Shown: piece after piece, positions 1 to 6,558 of the stretch
Layout: every line of letters begins with the position of its first letter
Position numbering within the stretch: the stretch's first letter is position 1
Virus record (IMG/VR): IMGVR_UViG_3300025875_000007
Coordinates: 1-64,000 of that record
Strand: one strand, 5' to 3'
DNA: 64,000 nucleotides
DNA from: a virus
Translations under genes and position numbers: made by a program
Notes under the pieces: generated by a model
What the model was told of the DNA's origin: nothing
Database searches by the model: none
What the model saw: only the letters and a program-made list of their open reading frames with translations

Positions 1-156
1 AGGGTTCTTGCGACCCTTGTGATGCTTGCGCTTATCGCCAGTTTCGTTTACTACACGATGGTACTGGTTCAGTTGTTCCAAACGCATGAGCCGGGCGTCA
101 CTCCTATTCAGGGGACCTGGCAAGAAGACGTCGGTGTTCAAGCATCTACAGATTAG
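1..156 (+). CDS. 3' end of an upstream gene (partial, runs off the window); hydrophobic segment
   Basis: Frame 1 is open from base 1 to TAG at 154-156. The translation ...VLATLVMLALIASFVYYTMVLVQLF... looks like a TM helix. The next gene's RBS follows directly. Confidence 0.35.
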   Translation, partial: RVLATLVMLALIASFVYYTMVLVQLFQTHEPGVTPIQGTWQEDVGVQASTD

Positions 157-164
157 AGGAAACA

Positions 165-764
165 ATGACACTGCCTTCGTTGGTAAGCTTCAGCGGTTAC
201 CGAGGGGTCGGTAGGGATACTGCTGCAGACCAGCTGGTTGCTAAGGCTCGGTTTGTGAAGTGCACTATCGACGAGCCTCTTGAGGAGGCTTTGCTCGCTA
301 TCGACCCTCTGATTCTGGATCCCTCGGGGAATTCTGTTGAGCGCTACTCTACGCTGAAGAATACCCTGGGCGACTATGCGAAGGAGGAGTACGCCGAGAT
401 CCCTCGACTTCTTGCAGTTCTCAAGACCTACTTCGGTCCTCAGGTTCTTGGTGCAGAGCACTGGACTGGTTTGACATACCAGCGAATTCGTGCCATTCGT
501 GAGATTAACAAGAGTGTTGCGCTCTCTGGTGTGGTCGACCAGCAGGAGCTGGACGCAGTGCGTGAGCTTGGTGGTGTGACGGTCTGGATCAATCGACCTA
601 GCATCAAGGTGCGGGTTGGTGACACCACCATTACCGCTGCGGATTGCGATGTCGTTGTTGAGAATGATGGAACATTCAAGGAATTTTATGCCAACATCGT
701 CGAAAGTCTGGAGGAGTGGAATGAGAAGCATCCTAAGGTTTCTGTTGAGGAAGAGGAAGACTGA
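165..764 (+). CDS. dNMP kinase-like P-loop protein
   Basis: The N-terminal SFSGYRGVGRDTAADQL resembles the glycine-rich loop of phage deoxynucleoside-monophosphate kinases, with Lys replaced by Arg. The C-terminal DVVVENDGT is typical of that family. An RBS precedes the ATG. Confidence 0.5.
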   Translation: MTLPSLVSFSGYRGVGRDTAADQLVAKARFVKCTIDEPLEEALLAIDPLILDPSGNSVERYSTLKNTLGDYAKEEYAEIPRLLAVLKTYFGPQVLGAEHWTGLTYQRIRAIREINKSVALSGVVDQQELDAVRELGGVTVWINRPSIKVRVGDTTITAADCDVVVENDGTFKEFYANIVESLEEWNEKHPKVSVEEEED

Positions 765-786
765 CAACCTCGTTCCTCTAACTCTG

Positions 787-1182
787 GTGCCCGTCGAGGT
801 ATTCGGAGAAGATGACGGTTATGGTCTCATGGACGCCGTGTCAGCCTGGAGTGACTGCAATCGGGCCGAGGGGCGCATCTACCGCGTCGAAGACTTCAGT
901 CCTGCCTACCGCCTTCCTGGAGAGTCTGTACAGGTCTGGGTTAGGCAGGAAGATGTAGAGTTCTTTCAGAAGAACTGGAGTTCAGATCCAGAGGAAATGG
1001 CCGCTACCAAAGAAAACGTGATTGAAGAGCTATTAGAGTCAATCCGCCTCACTCAGGAGTACGCACAGAACCCCGCAGTTGAGGGTTGGTCTTGGTACGA
1101 CACATACAAGAAATACCGACCCGAGGATGCTGAGCGTCTTCGGGCGTACTGGCAAAAGGGCGTCGACAACGGGACTTGGTGA
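787..1182 (+). CDS. hypothetical protein (start uncertain: GTG 787 or ATG 829; the track ORF opens at 616)
   Basis: The ORF 616..1182 overlaps the previous gene up to 764. The first in-frame starts after that stop are GTG 787 and ATG 829. Confidence 0.5.
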   Translation: MPVEVFGEDDGYGLMDAVSAWSDCNRAEGRIYRVEDFSPAYRLPGESVQVWVRQEDVEFFQKNWSSDPEEMAATKENVIEELLESIRLTQEYAQNPAVEGWSWYDTYKKYRPEDAERLRAYWQKGVDNGTW

Positions 1183-1258
1183 TGGCGGGAAATTCATTGT
1201 TGGTACCGACCCATAAGTTTATTGGGACCCATCCAGTAATTGATGGTCCATCTGTCTT

Positions 1259-1285
1259 TTGTTATGCAATGATAGATGGTAAAAT
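1259..1285 (+). promoter_or_regulatory. sigma70-like promoter candidate (TTGTTA-N15-TAAAAT, TGG immediately upstream of the -10)
   Basis: It lies in an AT-rich ~170-nt gap. TTGTTA is at 1259-1264 and the extended -10 TGG+TAAAAT at 1277-1285. An imperfect palindrome GGACCCATC/GATGGTCC sits at 1225-1249. Confidence 0.3.
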
Positions 1286-1350
1286 GTGTAATAGACACAG
1301 CTCGGATTCTGTACATCAAATCAACAACACAACCAATCAGGAGACAGACA

Positions 1351-1692
1351 ATGTGGGATAAGCGCGCAGAGCACCTCAAGACCGTTGACGGCCAGACTGT
1401 CAAGATGGTTCTGGACCAGGGACACGGTGACACGAAGCTGGTGAGCGTTCGACTGCTGGGCATTTACGGTCAGGAGTCTGACCAGCCGGGTGGTCCGGCT
1501 TGCAAGGAGTTCATCAACCGGTGGTTCGGAGATCACGGTGCAGACTCGACCGGGTCGGATCGTTGGGGCTTCATCGTGACGACCTCTCAGCTGCCTACGG
1601 GTGAGATCGTTGCGTCCATCACTGACATCACGATCTCTCACAACCTCAATGCTGAGCTGGCGGAGTTCATCCATGCAAACGGATTCAAGTAA
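1351..1692 (+). CDS. hypothetical protein with a weak staphylococcal-nuclease-like motif
   Basis: ATG 1351 is preceded by CAGGAGA. VSVRLLGIYGQESDQPGG resembles the SNase VRLxGIDxPE...QP segment, but the D/P positions are replaced. Confidence 0.5.
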   Translation: MWDKRAEHLKTVDGQTVKMVLDQGHGDTKLVSVRLLGIYGQESDQPGGPACKEFINRWFGDHGADSTGSDRWGFIVTTSQLPTGEIVASITDITISHNLNAELAEFIHANGFK

Positions 1693-1708
1693 GTATTCAT
1701 CCCGACCT

Positions 1709-1897
1709 TTGTCGGCTCGGGAAATCCAGGTTGTAACCCTTATCGCGGAGGGTAAGACCAATAAGCAAATCGGTAACGAACTAGGGTTGTCTGAATACAC
1801 AATCAAATCTCATCTGGATCGCATTGGCTCGGTCTTTGGTGCGAGAGATCGTGCCCAGATTGTGGCTATTGCGTTTCGTAAGGGTTTGCTTACTTAG
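1709..1897 (+). CDS. LuxR/FixJ-type HTH DNA-binding protein (stand-alone, ~62 aa)
   Basis: LSAREIQVVTLIAEGKTNKQIGNELGLSEYTIKSHLDRIGSVFGARDRAQIVAIAF is a near-textbook LuxR C-terminal HTH. TTG 1709 is the first start after the upstream stop; the track ORF opens at 1601. Confidence 0.75.
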   Translation: MSAREIQVVTLIAEGKTNKQIGNELGLSEYTIKSHLDRIGSVFGARDRAQIVAIAFRKGLLT

Positions 1898-1905
1898 GAG
1901 GCTGT

Positions 1906-2022
1906 ATGACTGGCACTCTATTAGACGCACCATTCTTCGAGCTAATTGGTCGTCTTGTTTGTATCTTTCTGCTTCTTTGGTTCTTATTTTGGTTTGGTCG
2001 ATACCTGGATAAGCGGGAATGA
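1906..2022 (+). CDS. small membrane peptide (38 aa)
   Basis: AGGAGG RBS then ATG 1906. [38 protein letters not shown] has one TM. Its stop overlaps the next ATG (ATGA). Confidence 0.4.
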   Translation: MTGTLLDAPFFELIGRLVCIFLLLWFLFWFGRYLDKRE

Positions 2023-3206
2023 TACAAGAACTATATCCCCACCAACAGAAGGCAGTTGAGGAACTTGACAACGGGAAGATCCTCTACGGGGGAACAGGAG
2101 CTGGCAAGAGTAAGACGGCTGCGGCTTATTACGTTCTACGAGAATCGCCGAAGCATGTTTACGTCATTACTACTGCAAAGAAGCGAGACAGCCTTGACTG
2201 GGAAGAGGAGTTCGCAGACTTCCACGTTTACCTCAGGGATGAGGAGCTTGAAGAGGCAGGAGTACTGCGCGAGCATGGAACTCTTGCCGTGGACTCTTGG
2301 AACAATCTCTGGAAGTACAAGGACGTAAAGAATGCTTTCTTCATCTTTGATGAGCAGCGCGTTGTGGGTAGTGGAGAATGGACTAACACTTTCATACGCA
2401 TTGCTAAAGCAAATCGATGGATTCTTCTCACCGCAACCCCCGGCGACACGTGGCTTGATTACATTCCAGTCTTTGTCGCAAATGGATTCTACAAGAATCG
2501 AACCGAGTTCAAGCGAGACCACTGTATTTTCTCGTTTCATGGGAAGTACCCGAAACTCGAGAGATATCTCGCTGTCGGAAAACTCGTACGGCTAAGGAAC
2601 CAACTGCTGGTTGAGATGCCCTTCGAACGGCACACGACCAGGGTAAGTCGAGAGGTCCTTTGTAGTCACGATTCTAAGAAGATGGAACAGGTCACCAAGA
2701 AGCGGTGGCACGTCTTCGAGGAACGGCCGCTGAAGGATGCGGGTGAGCTACATGGTGTTGCGAGGAAGGTTGCTAACTCGGATGACTCTCGCTTCTTGGC
2801 AATTAGAAATCTGCTAACCGTCCATCCGAAGATGATTGTCTTCTACAACTTCGACTATGAATTGGAGATCCTGCGTGAGCTTGCCGAAGACACAATTGTC
2901 GCTGAATGGAATGGTCATAAGCATCAGCCTGTACCGGATAGCGATAGTTGGGTGTATTTGGTACAGTACGTTGCCGGAAACGAGGGTTGGAACTGTACGA
3001 CTACTGACACAATGGTGTTTTACTCCCTCACGTATTCCTATAAAGTTTGGCATCAAGCGCATGGCCGGATTGATCGACTTAATACCCCGTTTGACACAAT
3101 GTACTATTATATCCTCCGTTCAAGTTCTTGGATCGATCTAGCGATTATGAAGAGTTTGAAGCTGAAGAAGAACTTCAACGAGATTAAGGATGGGGTTAAG
3201 TGGTGA
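2019..3206 (+). CDS. SF2 (DEAD/SNF2-like) DNA helicase
   Basis: Walker [12 protein letters not shown], motif II FIFDEQR, motif [11 protein letters not shown]. Confidence 0.85.
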   Translation: MIQELYPHQQKAVEELDNGKILYGGTGAGKSKTAAAYYVLRESPKHVYVITTAKKRDSLDWEEEFADFHVYLRDEELEEAGVLREHGTLAVDSWNNLWKYKDVKNAFFIFDEQRVVGSGEWTNTFIRIAKANRWILLTATPGDTWLDYIPVFVANGFYKNRTEFKRDHCIFSFHGKYPKLERYLAVGKLVRLRNQLLVEMPFERHTTRVSREVLCSHDSKKMEQVTKKRWHVFEERPLKDAGELHGVARKVANSDDSRFLAIRNLLTVHPKMIVFYNFDYELEILRELAEDTIVAEWNGHKHQPVPDSDSWVYLVQYVAGNEGWNCTTTDTMVFYSLTYSYKVWHQAHGRIDRLNTPFDTMYYYILRSSSWIDLAIMKSLKLKKNFNEIKDGVKW

Positions 3207-3403
3207 ATCCCGTTAGAGTTAAAGTCGGACCGGCCCGTTGGGGGCATCACAGCTATGTGTATGAGTCTCGGCCACTACTTGAGGATTTCGTGTACAAGTA
3301 TTGGCGACCCACCGAAAGGTGGGCGATTAGTCGAGCCTGTCGAAAGCGGAAGCAGCTCATAGCCCATATGCATCGACAGCAACATGTTAGGACTGTGATC
3401 TAA
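3200..3403 (+). CDS. hypothetical protein
   Basis: Track ORF, translationally coupled to the helicase gene. Confidence 0.45.
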   Translation: MVNPVRVKVGPARWGHHSYVYESRPLLEDFVYKYWRPTERWAISRACRKRKQLIAHMHRQQHVRTVI

Positions 3404-3620
3404 TAATTAGAGATCGAACACGACTCGACGAACTCCTCGAATCTTGGGGTGCTGCGGCTCCATACGAAGGAACCGGACTCAACCGACTCCCTGAGATCAT
3501 GGAGATCTGTTACGAGAGAGCGCGCGTTACTGGTGTTCGTCAGAAGCTGACTTGGAATGCCCAACACAAGTCATGGTTCGTTTTCAATCTGGAAGATCAA
3601 CCACTACCCTAGGAGCAATA

Positions 3621-3941
3621 ATGACAGACAAAGTGGTTGAGTGGGACATCGATGCGAATCTTCCGATGTACACTCGAGACTACTTGAAGATGAAGACCGA
3701 GGAAGTAAAGAATAGGCCCAGGGTAATTCTCGCAGGGACTACCGAAGCGGCCGTAAACTTCTGCAGAGAGCACAATTTGCACCCGACAGATGTCACTATT
3801 GTGCGAGGAATTACCTCGATTGAGGGTCTTCGATTCCGTTACGAGGATGTCTTTCGAGTTCCGGGATGGTCCAAGAGGACCGATATTGAGGAAATTGAGG
3901 ATCGAATTCTGTCCACGCACATCATTATGTGTCCTCGGTAA
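3621..3941 (+). CDS. hypothetical protein
   Basis: ATG 3621 is preceded by TAGGAGCAATA. The upstream part of track ORF 3552.. has no RBS. Confidence 0.6.
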   Translation: MTDKVVEWDIDANLPMYTRDYLKMKTEEVKNRPRVILAGTTEAAVNFCREHNLHPTDVTIVRGITSIEGLRFRYEDVFRVPGWSKRTDIEEIEDRILSTHIIMCPR

Positions 3942-3949
3942 CTGTCAAA

Positions 3950-4215
3950 TTTGCCAAGATTTTGCCAAGATTTGAAAAACGCTTGGTAAAGATCTTGAAA
4001 AATAAGGCTTCTTTTAGGGCTCGCCACATGGTAATATATGCTGAATTGTTGATCTTGATTTCAAGATCATTGGTAAATTTGGCCACTTTTCACGCTCAGC
4101 ACATGGTCATTTGCCAAGATTATACCCTCCCACTACCTTGTAGAGTAAAAGTGAATTACCATGTGGTAATAGGTACAGAGCTGTAAGAGTTTTTGATGAC
4201 GAAAATCTTGGCAAA
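3950..4215. repeat. iteron/operator-like repeat cluster in a ~295-nt non-coding AT-rich gap
   Basis: The 11-mer TTTGCCAAGAT occurs at 3950-3960, 3961-3971 (tandem) and 4110-4120, with its reverse complement at 4205-4215. A perfect palindrome TGATCTTGA-TT-TCAAGATCA is at 4050-4069, and GATCTTGA recurs at 3990. CCACATGGTAATA at 4024-4036 is matched by CCATGTGGTAATA at 4159-4171. Confidence 0.6.
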
Positions 4216-4236
4216 TAATCTGAGGAGTCATACAAA

Positions 4237-4545
4237 ATGGATGAGCAACCAAAGCACGAAGTTGAAGACGATTCTGACGACTTCGCCAGATCGTTAATTT
4301 CTCTGGTGGATCTCGTTCAAGGCGGAGCAACATCCGACGAGGCGTTGGGCATTTCTGCTTCGTATGGGAACCACGATCTTCGACAGTACCTTGAGCCCGG
4401 CGTAAACGGGAGACCACAAGTACGAGCCTTTGGTCCAGAACTGGCCACCCCATATCAAAACTCGAGAGACTTCTGGATCGCCCAACGCCGCGCAATAGCA
4501 CATCACTTCGCAACCTATCCGGATCCTGAAAATCGTAAGGAGTGA
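4237..4545 (+). CDS. hypothetical protein
   Basis: Track ORF with a GAGGAG RBS upstream of the ATG. Confidence 0.6.
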   Translation: MDEQPKHEVEDDSDDFARSLISLVDLVQGGATSDEALGISASYGNHDLRQYLEPGVNGRPQVRAFGPELATPYQNSRDFWIAQRRAIAHHFATYPDPENRKE

Positions 4546-4551
4546 TGCAAA

Positions 4552-4812
4552 ATGGACAACCGACCGGTTCTCGTTCGAATCGTTGCGGCTTTACAATCAG
4601 CCGGTATTCGAGGCGTGCCCTTTAATTCGATTACCTTAGTGTTGGGTACATCAGCTAATGAGAGACTTACAAAGGAGCTGGAAACGCTTGCCGCCCTTAC
4701 CGAGTCGTTTCCCATAAACACGTATCAGACGTTTGTGGGACTGCCAAAGACTAGTCGAACCGATGTCGATCCAAATGCGGTTGTCATTACTTGTTCGCCT
4801 ATACACGCCTAA
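4552..4812 (+). CDS. hypothetical protein
   Basis: Track ORF with an AAGGAG RBS upstream. Confidence 0.6.
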   Translation: MDNRPVLVRIVAALQSAGIRGVPFNSITLVLGTSANERLTKELETLAALTESFPINTYQTFVGLPKTSRTDVDPNAVVITCSPIHA

Positions 4813-4821
4813 GGAGAGCAT

Positions 4822-5148
4822 ATGTTAGTGTTTTGGCTATCGCTAGTCATGGCAGCTGCTGGCTGTCTTGGTTTGTTCTTGGCAGGCAAAGGCAAGTGGC
4901 AAGGCTGGGCGATTGGTTTAGCAGTCCAATCCGTGTGGATGGTCTTTGCAATTATTACCGAAGCCTACGGTCTCATCATCACCGCCATTATGTATGCGGT
5001 TGTTTACGGCCGAAACCTAATCAAGTGGTACAAAGAACGGGATGAGTCACGGTTTGCCACCAACGCGGTTGCTTCGGGGGTATATAGTGTTAATGAACTT
5101 CGAGAAATGTTAAGGAAGTCCGATGGAGGAAACCCGAGTAATTCCTGA
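4822..5148 (+). CDS. membrane protein (about 3 TM)
   Basis: AAGGAGAG RBS. Hydrophobic stretches: FWLSLVMAAAGCLGLFLAG, WAIGLAVQSVWMVFAII, GLIITAIMYAVVY. Confidence 0.65.
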   Translation: MLVFWLSLVMAAAGCLGLFLAGKGKWQGWAIGLAVQSVWMVFAIITEAYGLIITAIMYAVVYGRNLIKWYKERDESRFATNAVASGVYSVNELREMLRKSDGGNPSNS

Positions 5149-5620
5149 CTTCCCCGAGTATGGCGTCGCAAAAACCGGTGTCGTGTACAACCTATCAACC
5201 GAGAAGGTTCGGAAACCGTCTCTTACAAGAGAGGGCGCAGCTAAGATCACACTCTTTCGAGGAGGCAAGCCATACACACGATCTCTACCAAAGATTGTGG
5301 CCGATGTTTGGTTGTGGAATGATTTCGACCCACAAATCTTCGACACCCCGATTCATCTCGACAACGATCTATCAAACAACCATGTAGACAACCTGGCTTG
5401 GCGTCCTCGATGGTTCGCAGTCAAGTACCAACGACAGTACTGGAATGAAGAGTACCGTTACTCAAAGACTGTGGTCGAGGACATCAAGACAGGCGAGATT
5501 TACAAGAGTATTATGGACGCTTGTCAAAAGTACGGCTATCTCTACCTGGATGTGCTGAAGTCCTGTACGAAAGGAGACGAGGTTTACCCAACATGGAGGA
5601 AATTCCGGTTTCTGACCTAA
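5123..5620 (+). CDS. HNH homing endonuclease (NUMOD4-like N-terminus)
   Basis: IPDFPEYGVAKTGVVYN is NUMOD4-like. HLDNDLSNNHVDNLAW is an HNH_3-type core. Confidence 0.8.
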   Translation: MEETRVIPDFPEYGVAKTGVVYNLSTEKVRKPSLTREGAAKITLFRGGKPYTRSLPKIVADVWLWNDFDPQIFDTPIHLDNDLSNNHVDNLAWRPRWFAVKYQRQYWNEEYRYSKTVVEDIKTGEIYKSIMDACQKYGYLYLDVLKSCTKGDEVYPTWRKFRFLT

Positions 5621-5631
5621 CATGGTAATAG

Positions 5632-5659
5632 TTCGCGTACAATACGTGGCCTATAATAG
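5632..5659 (+). promoter_or_regulatory. phage promoter-motif copy (TTCGCG-N14-TATAAT)
   Basis: TTCGCG at 5632-5637, a 14-nt spacer, TATAAT at 5652-5657. It lies upstream of the nuclease/RNAP gene string. Confidence 0.5.
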
Positions 5660-5717
5660 AAGGGGTGAGGGTTTGCTTCTTGTTTTTGCCTGATTTTTCG
5701 ACGAAAGGGAGACTCTA

Positions 5718-6059
5718 ATGCGACGAAAGTTAGAGTCTCCCTTTCAATCTCGCTGGATTAAAAGGCTTGAGGCCGAATTTCCAGGCTGTATCATACTCAA
5801 ACTTGATGCCAACTATCGACAGGGCATTCCTGATCTCCTTATGCTCTGGGAGATTTATTGGGCTACGTTTGAAGTTAAGAAGACCCGACCGACGAAAGAA
5901 AGCGACTTCGAGCCAAATCAGGAATGGTACATAGCAAAGATGGACTCAATGTCGTTCTCTGCGTGCGTCTACCCCGAGAACGAAGAGGAGATCGTAGATG
6001 CGCTTCAACGACAATTCAAAACTCGCAGGGCAGCACTCGTTTCTAAGCGCAAGCAGTAG
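5718..6059 (+). CDS. VRR-NUC / PD-(D/E)XK nuclease
   Basis: GIPDLLML...ATFEVKK fits the PD...(D/E)xK pattern at VRR-NUC size. Confidence 0.65.
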   Translation: MRRKLESPFQSRWIKRLEAEFPGCIILKLDANYRQGIPDLLMLWEIYWATFEVKKTRPTKESDFEPNQEWYIAKMDSMSFSACVYPENEEEIVDALQRQFKTRRAALVSKRKQ

Positions 6060-6558
6060 CTCTTGGGTAAATTACGACGACGAGAAGCTTGATCGTGTTT
6101 ATCTGAGTCGACAGGCTGCAAAGCGTGGTACGGACTTTCACGATCTCGCCCAGCGATGCATCACGCTCAACCAAAGACTTCCTGAGTTCCCAGTTACGAC
6201 TATGGGGCTCTATGTTAACGATGCCATCGGCTTTCGGATGAAGCCTGAGGTTACCCTCTTTTATTCGATTAACGCATTCTGTACAACAGATTGCATTTCG
6301 TTTCGAAAGAACATGCTCCGGATTCACGACCTGAAGATGGGGCTTGGGCACACCTCAGAGCGTCAGCTTGAAGTTTATGCGGCTTACTTCTGTCTCGAGT
6401 ACGGTGTTCGTCCATTCGACATCGAGACCGAACTTCGGATTTATCAGAACAACGAGGCACGGATCTATGAAGCCGATCCTGTGACCATCTCTCTCATTAT
6501 GCAAAAGATCGTTGCGTTCGACAGGCGTATCAATCAGCTTAGGGAGGACTCTGAGTGA
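5998..6558 (+). CDS. PD-(D/E)XK exonuclease (Cas4/RecB-like phage exonuclease)
   Basis: The N-terminal HSFLSASSSSW matches the S(A/P)SSxxRW-type opening of phage exonucleases. IHDLKMG is the D-x-K motif and QLEVYAAY the QhxxY motif. ATG 5998 is the only start upstream of the first motif, which gives a 62-nt overlap. Confidence 0.6.
   Translation: MRFNDNSKLAGQHSFLSASSSSWVNYDDEKLDRVYLSRQAAKRGTDFHDLAQRCITLNQRLPEFPVTTMGLYVNDAIGFRMKPEVTLFYSINAFCTTDCISFRKNMLRIHDLKMGLGHTSERQLEVYAAYFCLEYGVRPFDIETELRIYQNNEARIYEADPVTISLIMQKIVAFDRRINQLREDSE

Noticed and set aside
3929-4186. 85-aa + strand ORF across the AT-rich repeat region.
   Set aside because: It has a GTG start inside the upstream gene and no RBS. 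Its sequence is dictated by the TTTGCCAAGAT and palindrome repeats. A non-coding regulatory region explains it better.
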